Assembly (NCBI GenBank): GCA_964016885.1
Contig: OZ024749.1
Location: 42,036,001-42,100,000, forward strand
Direction: 5' to 3'
Length of the DNA: 64,000 nt
DNA from: Eledone cirrhosa
Taxonomy: Eukaryota
In this document: positions 23,626-38,356 of the stretch, one piece after another
Layout: each line of letters opens with the position of its first letter
Position numbering within the stretch: position 1 is the stretch's first letter
Notes under the pieces: generated by a model
The model's input: the letters and a program-made list of their open reading frames with translations, nothing else
Told to the model about the DNA's origin: nothing
The model's database searches: none
Position numbers and translations under genes: made by a program

Positions 23626-25318
23626 ACTGATGCAGGCAATGAAACTCCTACACAACAATACCACATTATATGAGTCACTCCTACACAATACCACATTATA
23701 TGAGTCTGATGTGACTCTGGGCTAGACATCTCTACCCACCTCAACACATCAAAACAGCATAAATTTAATGAGTCTGACGTAACTCCAAGTGAAAGGTTTT
23801 CATCCACATCAACATGTCAGGTACAACATTAATCTCTTCTGAGCCTGATGTAGTGACTTGCTTTCTTAGTTGCATCTGATAATGTCCTCAAAATATATTT
23901 ATGTAAGAACCTTTGTTAAGTTATGTTCCAAACACCAGCTTAATAGTGATAGTTTTAGTTACATTACTAAATTCTTCCAAATTCTTAAATATTTTCAAAA
24001 TTATTTGAAAATAACAAGCAGTAGCTTTCGATTGAAATATAACAAAAGTGTTAAGTTATGTTCCAAATTTCAGCTTAAAAATTTTTGAATATTCTCAAAA
24101 TTATTTGGAAATTTTATAGGCAGTGTCTTTCATTAGAAATATGGTACTAAAAGTATTAATCACTTCAAGAAGGTGCCCCAGCATCGCCACAGTCTAAAGA
24201 CTGAAACAAGTAAAAGAATAAAATAAAAAGAAATAAGAAAAATAAAACAAAAAAAGAAATAAAAAGAAATAAAATAGTTGATGGTGTTTATATTTTATTT
24301 ATGTTTCAATTTCTTTAAAACTTTTCATTTGTCACTTTTTTTTTTTGTAAATTTTTTTCTTTTCCAAATTTAAAAAAAAAAAATTAATATTCTCATCATT
24401 ATTTTTTTTTATTCATTTTTACATATTTTTTTTTCTTTACATAGAATAAAAAAAAATATTTCGCAAAAAAAAAAAAAAATTAAAACAAATAAAAAAAAAT
24501 GCATTTCCTCGCCCACCCCTTCCACCCTCCCCATTTTAAAAGACAAAAAAAAAAAAAAAGATAAGACCAGGCATACATATTGCATCACAACTTATAAACT
24601 GGAAGGTTGAACTTTCAATACCTTGCTAGAAAACAGTGAATGATTTGGTGGTTGGGGGACGAGTGAACCAAAAAAAAAAAAATGCTTATTTTTGATAAAA
24701 ATTCTTCATTTTTGTCAAAGAACAGAAGATAGTATCTTCTCTTTCCTCGAGAATTGAGGTCTTTGTGGGTGGGTGGGGATATGATAAAAGCAACACCTAC
24801 CCATTCCCCCTCAACACACACACAAACAAATCAGTGAAATAATAATGATAGTAATAACAATAATGGTTTCTGATTTAGGCACAAGGCCAACAATTTTGCG
24901 GGAGGGGAAGTCAATTATATCGACCCCAGTATATTACTGGTACTTTATCAACCCTGTAAGGATGAAAGGCAAAGCTAACCTCGGCGGAATTTGAACTCAG
25001 AACGTAAAGGGATGTAACTCTATTCTGCAAAGCATATCCGACGCTCTACCGAATCCACCGTAATAATAATTAATGATAATAATAATAATGTTTTTTTTTT
25101 TTTAATTTAGGTAAAAGGCCAGCAATTTCGAGGGGGAGGATAAGTCAATTGAGGGGTCAATATTTTATTGACCCCATAAAGATAAAAGGCAAAGTTAACG
25201 CTCTACTGATTCTGCCAATCTGCTGCCCTTAATAATAATAATCATAACAATAACAATTACAGTTGAAAGCAGAGCACGTTTAGCAAAGTATATATATATG
25301 TATGTATCTATGTGTATA

Positions 25319-25368
<50 letters not shown>

Positions 25369-26833
25369 TATATACACAGGGGGTACCAAAAAATGTATAC
25401 GTTTTTTGGAAGACCCTGTCTCTCTCTCTCTCTATATATATATATATACACACACACATTTTATGATTCATACACACGCAAATTCATTGGGCAACCATAG
25501 ATTTCATGGTCTGCCAATCTTACATAAGTACAATCAATATTTGATAACCAGATCATCAGGTGAAATGTATTTGGCCATTTGCATACATTTTGCCCGATGA
25601 TATGGTTGGCAAGCAATGCTTGTACTTATATAAGACTATCAGATCATGAAACCTATGTTTGCACAAGGAATTTTCATGTGTATGAATCATAATATATAAA
25701 GTGCATTTTTCTTGTCGATATTCTCACTATACACATTATATATATATATATATATATATCATCATCATATATATGAATGAAAAATTTGGAAAGATTGACT
25801 AAAATTATTTGCTATTTCATTATTAAGATGGTATTTGTAAGATACCTTAACAAAAGGTTCTCATATCAAATTATGTTGGAAGGTTTTTATTTAAATAGGA
25901 ACCCTTTAAAATGGGTGGTTTTGTTTCACAGAAGCAGAGGTGGTTTTGGCTGGGTTGGTATCAAAAGGATTAAAACTATTTTGAGTCATTTCTTGTCTAT
26001 TTTTACTGTTTGAAATCCATTTTTATTCTAAATTATTATCATGGTTATTATTGAGACCAAGTGTGTCCTTCCTACTGTCAACTGATATTTTTGATATATT
26101 ATAGGAGAGGTGTGCATGTTTGTCAGCCAGGCAGAGTGATGCAAGCAGAGTTGTGCACCCTTGCTTGGGAAAACACCACAATGGCTCCAGTTGTATCATA
26201 CAATGTATTCAAAGTAGTAGTGGTATTAGTAGTAGTAGTAGTGACAATTACACTGAGCATTAACTATTTTATAGTTAACCCTTTAAATATCATATAAAGA
26301 CATCTAGCATGGGTTAGATGAGACATTTCGAAGTAGATTTTTATGACCGAAGGCCTTTACTAATCCCAACCCTCATAAGTATTAAACATTTAAAAAAAAA
26401 AAATAAGGTACAGATCTTTGCATGTCTAACCATTGAGATGTGGGACTACTGTCTATGCAGAACGTCAACAAATATCACCGGCTGTGCTATAGCAATATAA
26501 AATACAAAGCAAAGAAAAGTCTGTACTAAAATTACTAGAATATACACCCCATAATAATTATACATTTGCCAAACCTGAGAACATGAACTAAATACAGATA
26601 TGGACACTCCTTCCTTAAACAATATTATAGATGATGAGTGCATAGATACATTGATCATATATAATATGTTGTGTTGGTTGGAATGGATCATCAGCTTCAA
26701 AGGAATAAATATACTCTACTGCATGCATGGAGTACTTTTTCTCCCATTTATATACCAAAACATAAACACACACACACATTTCTCTCTCCATGTATATAAT
26801 TAGATAGATACACACATTCTCTCTCTCTCTCTC

Positions 26834-26894
<61 letters not shown>

Positions 26895-27179
26895 CAAGTT
26901 GGTAAATGTGGACACAAATTAATGCTGTTGTTGTTGGTGTTATTGTTGGTGATGTGTGACAGGCAAGCTGGAGCAATTGATAGATTTCTTTCTACAGCTA
27001 AAGTTTTAGCAAAGCTTGACAGGGCATTGGAGGGGGGGGGGGGGGACAGGACAGGGGATGAGGGCTTCATGACATTGAAGACGTGGTGGGAAAATACAAA
27101 ACAGAAAAGGGTGCAAAGCATATTAATACACGGCAGGTGATTTGATATAGCAACAACAACTGCAGACAGACATACACAC

Positions 27180-27625
27180 AGGTAGATAGGTAGATAGGTA
27201 GGTAGGTTGACAGGTGAGTAGGTAGATAGGTAGGTAGGTTGACAGGTGAGTAGGTAGATAGGTAGGTAGGTTGACAGGTGAGTAGGTAGATAGGTAGGTA
27301 GGTTGACAAGTGAGTAGGTAGATAGGTAGGTAGGTTGACAGGTGAGTAGGTAGATAGGTAGGTAGGTTGACAGGTGAGTAGGTAGATAGGTAGGTAGGTA
27401 GGTTGACAGGTGAGTAGGTAGATAGGTAGGTAGGTTATAGACTCAGTTGGGTAGGGTACACACAAGGTTGAACTAGGAGGTGAATTACTTAGGGATTTCA
27501 GGTTTGGTGGTGATGGGAGTTAGGGAAAGGTTGGGTAGGGTACACACAAGGTTGAACTAGGAGGTGAATTACTTAGGGATTTCAGGTTTGGTGGTGATGG
27601 GAGTTAGGGAAAGGTTGGGTAGGGG
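27180..27625. repeat. 32-bp minisatellite followed by an ~83-bp direct duplication
   Basis: GTAGGTAGATAGGTAGGTAGGTTGACAGGTGA about 7 times; TTGGGTAGGGTACACAC... twice. Confidence 0.9.
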
Positions 27626-30234
27626 GCACAAACGAAAAAAAAAATTTTTTAATTAAAAGTATTTTTTTTTACAAAATATAATTGAAAGATTTTTGCTTGT
27701 AAATTTCATAATTTCATATCAACTCCTTTTACTCTCCATACAAAGGTAGTTTAATTGTGCTATCTTGCCCTGGGTGTGGGGTTGTTGTTTCCTTTTGACT
27801 TTATCACTATTATTATAGCCCAACATTTAAGGGCAGAATAGGGCAACATTTTACAGTGAGGGAGGAGATGTATGTATGTGTGTGTGTGTGTTGTAACTGA
27901 TATGGGGAAAGGGGGTGGGAGTCCAGAAAATTTTGGCCAGGTCAAGTCAGATGAGGTCAAAGTCAAGGTGAAAATTATCGGACCATGTCTGAGGATTTTG
28001 GTAATCGATTTGGTTTATATGAGAGCAAAAGCAGATATTCAAGAACTTAGTGGGGTTTCTGAACAGTATTTTTACAAGACTTTTATATATATATATATAT
28101 TTTACCATTAGGTTATGGTTAAAATGTTGGCCCTTCTTTTTTTAAAATCTTTTTTGTTTTAAAACCTTAAATTATGTTCATCTTTTGAGATCTCAGATCA
28201 CACTGCACCCTGCTCTACTACTCTTCTCAAAGTTTCATTCCAATAAACCAATCAATTAGTTGGTTTCTTTCATTAGTTAATTTAGTCCATTTGCACTGTA
28301 CACAGAAAATAACAAATTTTGGTAATATTCAATTAATCAATTATCAATTATCGATGAATTGAAGTGTTTTTTGGGGAGAGGTTTTGTTTTATTTTATTTT
28401 ATTTATTCGTCTTTTGCTGATTTCAGTCATTAGACTGTGGCCATGCTGGAGCCTTTATTTATTATATTTATTTGTCTTTCCCATTGCTGAAAAACCCCCA
28501 ATGGCAACATTAGTTTCCTTGGTCTGAACTTATGATCAACTTCTTTCTTTTCCCTTTTTATATTTATATATTTATCTTCTTCCTCTGCCCCACCAAGACA
28601 TTTTATGGGCAGTAAAACCATTTCTCACTATTCCTCTCTTTCTCTACATATAATTATATTTGAGTAATAATGCCTTGTTCCCTGCAAAAACAAAGGAAAA
28701 TTACAAAAATTCTAAATTTTTTTTCTTCCCTCTTTTAAATTGATTTTTACTTTCGTATAGAAACGCCCACCAAGTCCCTTCCTCCTCACCCCCGTCTTAT
28801 CAGAAAGGGAGAGATTGTGTCATGTTATATTTATATTATATTAACCCCTTGCTTTTGTTGTTTTACTCCCCTCCCTTCACCGGCCCCTCAATTTTCGGGC
28901 GCTTCAGCTAAAGTTGAGGGGTGTGGAGTAAGATGGGAAAGAATGAGATAGAGGAGTGGTCTAATTCATTGATGTACGACATCGGAAACCCGAAAAATAG
29001 GATTTTTATTTATTTATTTACTTTTCCACTTATTTGTTAGTTTGTTAAAAGTGAGATGATTCTGAAGGAGGGAAGTAGTTGGGGGGAAATTGGGACACGA
29101 AGAAAGAATATAACTTTGTCATCGTTATCAACATCATCATCATTATCATTATCATTATCAACATCGTTATCGCCATCAAGGTTATAAAGAGGAGAAATTC
29201 ACACAATATATTTTTCGCCAGATACGTAATCTACAATTTCAAAGCAGATTTGTGGAAAAAAAAAAAAAAAAAAAAAAAAAACCCAAAACCAACAAACAGT
29301 TCCCCACCCCCCCAGCCAGCCCCATATCGTGTCGTTTGTTTTTATTTTAAATAAATTTTGGCATCACTAAAATTGTTGTATCGTTAAGACTGGGCATTTC
29401 TTTCAGTGGAAAGTGAAAGAAAATAATAATAATGGTTTCTGATTTAGGCACAAGGCCAACAATTTAAAGGGGAGGGGTAACTCGATTAAAATGACCCCAG
29501 TGCGGTACTGGTGCTCTATTTTATCGACCCCATAAGGATGAAAGGCAAAGCTAACCTCGGCGGGATTTGAACTCAGAACGTAAAGATACGTAACTATGTT
29601 ACAAAGCATGTTGTCCGACACTAACGATTCTGCCATCCGTTATAAGGGTTTCTAATTTTGGCACAAAGCCAGCAATTATTTTTGGAGGGGGAGAAGAAGA
29701 AAAAAAAAAACCGATTATATCGACTCCAGTACTTGATTGGTACTTTATTTTATCGACACCCCACTGAAAGGATGAGTGGTAAAGTTGACTATGACAGTGT
29801 TTGAAGACAGAACGTAAAGAAGCAGAATGAATGCATTTTGCAAAGCATTTTATCTGATGCTCTAACAATTCTGCCAATCAACTGCCATAATAATTATAAT
29901 AAAAATATTGACAATGATTATGATGGAAGTAAAACCATAAAATCTTAGCAAGACAATGCAAATATGGAATAAAATTCAATGAAACCATCTTTGAAGAATC
30001 TTATTATGAGTAAAAAAAAAAAAACAACAAAGGATGATAAGAATGTATTGTAGAGAGATATGACCAGCAGCAGATGTGACATTTTTGGATCATTTCCGCT
30101 GAGACAGATTTGTTGAATTTGTGATAGGAAGAGAAGATGAAGAATACATACACAGACAGACACATCGACACAGAGAACAGAAGGAGTAAGATAGAGAAAG
30201 ACATATGATATATATATAAACATATACAAGTGTG

Positions 30235-30273
<39 letters not shown>

Positions 30274-30504
30274 TTGTGTGTATATATATATATATATATA
30301 CATATATATGCAAAAGTTTTATTTAAAATTGTTGGGTTACAACAAGTAAATATTTTATATATACATATATATATATACATACATATATATATATATATAT
30401 ATATGTATAAATAAATGAGTGATGAAGGAGACATGTGAAGTAGCACTATATGATCCTTATTTTAACATGTATCTATGTATGTACAGGTACATACATACTA
30501 TAAT

Positions 30505-30829
30505 GAATATATATATATATCATATATATTATATTATATATATATATCATATATATGATATATATATATATCATATATATGATATATATATATATCATAT
30601 ATATATTATATTATATATATATATATCATATTATATATATATATATCATATTATATATATATATATATATTATATTATATATATATATATATCATATATA
30701 TGATATATATATATATCATATATATATATATCATATTATATATATATATATCATATTATATATATATATATATATTATATTATATATATATATATATCAT
30801 ATATATGATATATATATATATCATATATA

Positions 30830-30881
<52 letters not shown>

Positions 30882-31296
30882 TATATATAATATATATATA
30901 TATCATATATATGATATATATATATATATATATATCATATATATATATATATATATATATATCATATATATGATATATATATATATATATATATATATCA
31001 TATATATGATATATATATATATATATATATATATCATATATATAATATATATATATATCATATATATGATATATATATATATATATATATATCATATATA
31101 TAATATATATATATATCATATATATATATATCATATATATATATATCATATATATAATATATATATATTTTTCTATATATATCATATATATATATATATC
31201 ATATATATCATATATATACCATATATATATATATATATATCATATATATATATATATCATATATATCATATATATATCATATATATATATATATAT

Positions 31297-31360
<64 letters not shown>

Positions 31361-31457
31361 TATATATATATATATATCATATCATATATATATATATATA
31401 TATATATCATATATATATATATATATCATATCATATATATATATATATATATATCAT

Positions 31458-31488
<31 letters not shown>

Positions 31489-31526
31489 CATATATATATA
31501 TATATATATCATATATATATATATAT

Positions 31527-31565
<39 letters not shown>
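30505..31565. repeat. ~1 kb interrupted (AT)n array
   Basis: Direct reading. Confidence 0.97.
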
Positions 31566-31573
<8 letters not shown>

Positions 31574-32256
31574 ATATGTGTATATATCATGTAATGAGGT
31601 GTATATGTATGTGTGTCTCTATTCTCCTTTCCACTGGAAGAAAACAAAAGCAAATACCGACATATGTATTGTAGATGTGGCTGTGACATGTTGAGGGGGA
31701 ACACGTCTGCCATAATATATGTGTTACTGTGTGATGTGTTGAGGAGGGCAGTAAAACAGTCCCATGGAGTGGCCAGGAACAACAACAGCCAAGCACACAG
31801 CAAAAGTAACACACTTTATCATCATCATCATCATCATCTTCTGTCTTCTGTTAGAGATTTTCCTTCACTGCCATGTCTGTTGGAGAACAAGAAAGAAAGA
31901 TGTAAAAACTGATGAAAGGAAAGGAAATGATATACATACACTCACACACACATTGTCACCATCATTGTTTGATGTCCACTTTCCATGTTTGCATGGATTA
32001 GTTGGGTTGTCACCTTATGAGACAAATATATATATTTATAGTGTGGCATTAGGAAGGGCATCCAGCCATAGAAAACCAGCCAGAAACACCCCTATATGAG
32101 TAAGACACGGTCACCCAACGCAACTTGCCTCTAAATGGGACAAACCCATCTAACCCATGCTAGTGTGGAAGATGGATGTTAAACAATAATGATGATGATG
32201 ATGTGGGAAAATGGACATTAAACGATGATGATGATAATGATGGTAATATACACACA

Positions 32257-32505
32257 CAGAGTGGGATTTACGTATAAGCTAAACAAGCTATAGCTTTCTT
32301 GGGGCCCCGAAAAAATTGAAAAAAAAAAACGGTTTGTACATTTCCAAAATATAAGATAAAAAAGAACTAAAATAATGCAATAGTTTTAAACAGTTTTCTG
32401 CTTTAATATTGAACGTTTTGCAGTTGTTATAACATTTTTATAACATATAAAGGGCCCCATTATCTCAAATAGCTTAGGGCCTCATCAAATCTAAATCCAG
32501 CCCTG
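32257..32505. mobile_element. hAT-type MITE
   Basis: CAGAGTGGGATTTA / TAAATCCAGCCCTG termini; 8-bp TSD TACACACA on both sides. Confidence 0.7.
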
Positions 32506-32586
32506 TACACACACACACACACACACAAATCCCTTTGAAACCAACTTACCACTGGATTGTAATTCCATAAATTATAACACGTCCTC

Positions 32587-32670
32587 TCAATGTGTTTTCT
32601 GTGCCTCCTTTGCGGCCATTATAAGTGGCACTAGACTAGCCAGTGGTTTGGCCAGACGGAGAAAAGAATG
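32587..32670 (-). CDS. Pak: Group I PAK last coding exon (HSFLRLAKPLASLVPLIMAAKEAQKTH*)
   Basis: TTTTGTAG acceptor; conserved C-terminal LxPLIxAAKEA segment; TGA at 32589-32587. Confidence 0.95.
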   Translation of the reverse strand, partial: HSFLRLAKPLASLVPLIMAAKEAQKTH

Positions 32671-33240
32671 CTACAAAATAAAAAAACAAAAAACATAAAT
32701 TTTAAAAAAGAATAACAATATCTATATACAATACAAAAAAATATATATACCAGAGATGTATGTATGTATAAACCCTTAACTCTTGGTGGACTCGTAGGGG
32801 TGCCATAGTGACATATGGCGTTTTGGGGGTCATTTTAAACCTGGTGAGGTCCATCCTTCAAGATCTGAACGCAGCTGATTTTAGAGAGAAAGAGGGAGAA
32901 TCAGCCCTAGCCCCTAGTAATGGACTGGTACTTTTTTTTATCGACCTTGAAAGGATGAAATGCAAAGTTGACTCCAGCAGGAGTTGAACTCAGAATACAG
33001 AGCTGGAAGGAATACCACAAAGCAGTGTACGTGATAGCGTGAGAAAATTATAAAAACATTCTTTTGACATGACCTGCTGGAAGGAGTGGTTGAGGACTGT
33101 CCCCCATCACCCTCCCAGGAATAAGTGGATGAAGAAGAAGAAAACAACAAACAGTGCTACTATAAAAAAGGGAAGACAACAAAGATAACTGTCAAAAAGG
33201 GGGGGGAGATAACAATGATAATTAGTTAAAAGGAGCTCAC

Positions 33241-33378
33241 CTTAAGTAATTCTGATGCTGAGGCTCGTTTGTCAACATCAACCTCCAAACATTTGTCCAA
33301 GAAATCCTGGAAGACCGGCGACAACTTGTGTTTCTCTTTGATTTCTGGTTTACCATTTGTTGCTATTAAGTACAGTGC
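33241..33378 (-). CDS. Pak: PAK kinase exon ([14 protein letters not shown]...[11 protein letters not shown])
   Basis: AG/GTGAG boundaries, 138 nt, phase 0-0. Confidence 0.96.
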
Positions 33379-33709
33379 CTGACAACGGAACAAGGAGAAC
33401 ATGTAATAAACTGGACATACACTGCCATACACTGTTGATGGTGTATGAGAAGGAAGTGTAAATTGCTAAATTGGATATACATTATTATACATGATGTTAA
33501 TGTATGAGAAGGAAGTGTAAACTGGATATATACTGTCATACACTGATGTTAATGTGAGAAGGAAGTGTAAACTGGATATACACTGTCATACACTGATGTT
33601 AATGTGAGAAGGAAGTGTAAACTGGATATACAATGAGGACATGTTCAAGAAGAGAGAAAGAGTAAACTGGACATACACACACAACCTCAACACATAAAAT
33701 ATAACTTAC

Positions 33710-33809
33710 TCTTAAGGGATTTTCATTCAAATAGGGTGGTTCTCCTTCAATCATTTCAATAGCCATAATCCCTAAACTCCAAATATCAACTTTTGGACCG
33801 TATTGTTTT
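33710..33809 (-). CDS. Pak: PAK kinase exon ([33 protein letters not shown])
   Basis: Subdomain IX; AG/GTAAGT boundaries, 100 nt. Confidence 0.97.
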
Positions 33810-34887
33810 CTGAAAGAACAATTATCAACCATACAATATCAATATAATCAATATATGAAACATATTTCAATATAATTTAACCCCCCAGTTCCATATTTCT
33901 AACAAAAGACATTGCTTATAATTTTCAAATAACTTTGAACATAGTCAAGAATTTTAAAGGATTTAATAACTGAACTAACTTTATCATTATCAACTATTAA
34001 CATCCTGTAATGATTTAGTAGAAAATATATAAAGAAAAACAGGTTTGTTAATTCAAATGTTTGTCGTGTCTTTAAAAGTAAACAAATTGGTGCAAAAACT
34101 TGTAATAATAGAATAAAGACTTTCACTTTTAATCTGACGAAGACATAGTGCTAATTTGTACTTTTCAATAATGTCTTGCTAATTTGGTTTGATGTAGTAC
34201 AGGACAAACATCTATATTAGTGTTTTGAACATAATTTAACAAAAGTGCATATATATATAATTATTATGGAAAGTTTTTAGATAAATATAGACACTTTAAA
34301 ATGAACAGTTTTATAAACAATTGTATTTTTTAAAATGTTAAGCAAATTATGAATTTTGACTGCATCATACATACTCGAATATATTTGTTGGGAATATTCT
34401 CAAGGCAATGCATAAATACGATGTAAATGTAGAAAAACTGTGTTTCATTGTGAAATAATCACTCCAGATATTTTAGCACCTTATTTACATAGAATTTGAA
34501 GTCGGTGAAAATCAAAGTATTGACCCCAAATATAGACCCAATTTTTTAGTCATATAATCCTTAGCTTATAATTGAGTATATACAGTATGTTAGCTTAAAG
34601 TTAACAGCTTCAACACAGGTTCTTGACAATGAAAAATAGTCAAGTTGGGCATAGCTAAAAAGCTACACTGAAGTTGTTAACTTTAAACAAACAGCTTTAT
34701 ATCATAGAACCAGCTGTTTCACATGGTTTGATATGAAAAGAGTTAACAATGAGCTTATTACAATATAATTAACAGCTGTACTGTTGTTTTATTGTAAGAA
34801 AGACTTCATCTATTTCACATAATACAGAGTAAAGACATTGAAAGAAGGGTGTAGATGTGGTGTTGGTATTGAAGAAGACCTAACTTA

Positions 34888-35286
<399 letters not shown>

Positions 35287-35785
35287 TTACAAATATTGAG
35301 CACAGTTCACTTAAAGATACACAGGGCCATACACTTACAGCTGTAGAAGACAATCTTAAAGACACACAAGACAGCATACTTACAGATACACCAGATAGTG
35401 ATTGGTTAAATATATACTTAAAGTGTATATTTAACCAACACACTATCCACTAGGCCACGTGCCTTTACAACTTCTCAAGTATCATTAGATATATGATAGA
35501 CTGTGGTTGGCATTAGGAAGGGCATCCAGCCAGAGAAACCATGCCCCCAATACATGCTGTAAAGTGGTTGGTGTTAGGAAGGGCATTTAGCTGAAGACAC
35601 CATTGGCCCAGTACACACTGTAAAATGGTTGGAGTTAGAGACCAAGCCAAAACAGTACCCTCACCGGTCTGTCTAACTCATGCAAGCATGGAAAATAGAC
35701 GTTAAACAGTGGTGACAATGACAATGATGATGATGTGAAGAAAATGATATGAGATGAGTGAAATAATAGCTTAGCTGATACTTAC

Positions 35786-35885
35786 TTAACTTCACACTAC
35801 CATCCATGCCAAGAAGTATATTATCACTTTTTATATCCCTATGAATCACTTGGTTTTCATGTAAAAACTCTAAGGCTTGCAAACA
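35786..35885 (-). CDS. Pak: PAK catalytic-loop exon ([33 protein letters not shown])
   Basis: HRDIKSDN motif; AG/GTAAGT boundaries. Confidence 0.98.
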
Positions 35886-36626
35886 CTGAAATTGGAAAGG
35901 AATACAATATGTAAGTGACTGTGTGTGTGTATATGTAAGAGACTGTGTGTGTGTATATGTAAGAGGCTGTGTGTGTGTGTGTAAGAGGCTGTGTGTGTGT
36001 GTGTATATGTAAGTGGCTGTGTGTGTGTGTGTATATGTAAGTGGCTGTGTGTGTGTGTGTATATGTAAGTGGCTGTGTGTGTTTGTATATGTAAGATTCT
36101 GTGTGCTGTATGTGTGTGAATTTGTAAATGTAAGGTACTGTGTGGTGTGTGTGATTGTGTATGTGTGCCTGATTGTGCCTGTGTGTGTGTGTGTGTGAAT
36201 GTGTATATATATCATTATACATGTGTGTGTATGTGTGTGTGATTGTGTATATACAGCATTATACATGTGTGTGTGATTGTGTATATATATCATTATGCAG
36301 ATATGTGTGTGTGTGTATATATGTATGTGAATGTATGTATATTCGTATGTATCTGTGTGTGTGTATATATGTGTGTGAATGTATGTATATTTGTATGTAT
36401 TCGTATGTATCTGTGTGTGCGTATCTATGTATGTGAATGTATGTATATTCGTATGTATCTGTGTGTGTGTATATATGTGTGTGAATGTATGTATATTTGT
36501 ATGTATTCGTATGTATCTGTGTGTGCATATCTATGTATGTGAATGTATGTATATTCGTATGTATCTGTGTGTGTGTGTGTATATATATATATGTGTGTGT
36601 GTGTGTGTAAAGTCTTGACCACTCAC

Positions 36627-36719
36627 CTCTCGCCCGACAGCTGCTATTTGACCTTCGTCCATGCAGGTTTCTGTGACAACGTCTGTTAATGAACCTCCAG
36701 CAAGATATTCCATCACCAC
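36627..36719 (-). CDS. Pak: PAK kinase exon ([31 protein letters not shown])
   Basis: Hinge region; AG/GTGAGT boundaries, 93 nt. Confidence 0.97.
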
Positions 36720-36759
36720 CTGAATAATGGAGACAGACAGGGACAATGTTATATAAATA

Positions 36760-37148
36760 TGACTTGCTAAAAACCCACAAAATTGTTAACCATGTTGCCA
36801 ACAACAACTCTGAGTACCTTTTTGATTTCCATGTGTCTAACACACGTGGACATGCCCACAAAGTCGGAAAACAGCACAGCTCCCATGACTTTCGGAAACA
36901 TTTTTTCACGCTCAGAGTTGCTGAAGCATGGAACAAACTACCTGCATCAGTTGTTAGCTGTCGAGACACTGCATCCTTTATGGCCTCCATGCTTCCCGAG
37001 ATTCGCCAACACTACAGCTAACACATACACACATGTACTTCCCTGACATTTGTGTATTATTCTATGTACTATACATACACCTTTGATGAGTTGTAGTGCA
37101 CCTGAGCACTTTACACAATAATTTCATTATTATTATTATTATTATTAT
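36760..37148 (+). mobile_element. CR1-clade LINE 3' fragment with (ATT)n tail
   Basis: THKIVNH...TRGH...RKHFFTLRVAEAWNKLP; same family as the copies in the inverted arms. Confidence 0.88.
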
Positions 37149-37431
37149 CATATATATATATAATTAAATTCATAGGGATATATGTATATATTTAGACACA
37201 GTCACAGATACATATATGAGTGTGGCTCAATGGAAAATTTAATTAAGCAGATAATTATTAATCAGAGCTATATATAAGATTGCAAGTTTGAAGAATTATT
37301 GCAATTTTATAAATATGTATGTATATTCTCTGTTATTTTAATAAATATTTGCTCTAGGGTTCTTATATATTTGATATATATTTATCCTTATCGAGCCCTC
37401 TTTGGATTTTAGTCTTGAAATTTATTATTAT

Positions 37432-37475
<44 letters not shown>

Positions 37476-37659
37476 TGACACACACACATTCAAAAGACAC
37501 AACAACTTCTCTGCACTCGATATGACCATATGTAACCAGAATAAAGACTCCTTGGTCTGTCTGGGGAGGTCAGTAGCTCCGCTTCAGTACTGACTTGGTC
37601 TATGTAGATCTGCCCAACCCTTGCTTAAAGGGAAATCAGACATTAAATGATGATGGTAC

Positions 37660-37694
<35 letters not shown>

Positions 37695-38036
37695 TGTATG
37701 TTTGTATACACATGGATGTATGTATATATACAAATATGAGTTATCAAAACCTATCAAATATGTTTGATATTTGTACTCAATAAAATAGCTCAAACTTTGT
37801 CCAGAGTTATAATTCATATACATATTGATATATGTGCTTTGTATATATACAATATATTGTGTATTATTCTCTTGGATATATGGTCCGCTATCTCTCGATA
37901 CTGTTGACAGAGAACACATTTTACAATATCGACTCCCTCCCCTCATCTTGTATTTGGACCAGAGGCTGAGAACCACTGTTATATATAAATAGACTCACAG
38001 ACAGATAGAGAATACCATAAAAAGCAAAAAACTTAC

Positions 38037-38223
38037 CCATAATTCTTCACCAACCAAATAACTATCCAAATAGTTGACAATATTTGGATTTTGGTTTTCC
38101 CTCATTACGAGGATTTCATTAATAATAAGTTCTTTTTTCGGCTGCTGAGAAAGATTCATTGTTTTAATAGCAACTTCCCGACCAGTTGCAATCTCTATAG
38201 CGATAAATACTGTTCCTGACGCA
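38037..38223 (-). CDS. Pak: PAK kinase N-lobe exon ([40 protein letters not shown]...EELW)
   Basis: End of the Gly loop, VAIK lysine, helix C glutamate; AG/GTAAGT boundaries. Confidence 0.97.
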
Positions 38224-38303
38224 CTGGAAAATAACAAGAAAATACATCAAATATACTTACAAATATATTGGATATATCATAATAAAAAAAAAAAAAAAGG
38301 TTA

Positions 38304-38356
<53 letters not shown>

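Noticed and set aside
30419-31674. Long Ile/Tyr ORFs up to 324 aa
   Set aside because: Translation of (AT)n; the His/Thr, Cys/Val and Arg/Glu ORFs elsewhere likewise come from (CA)n and (GA)n
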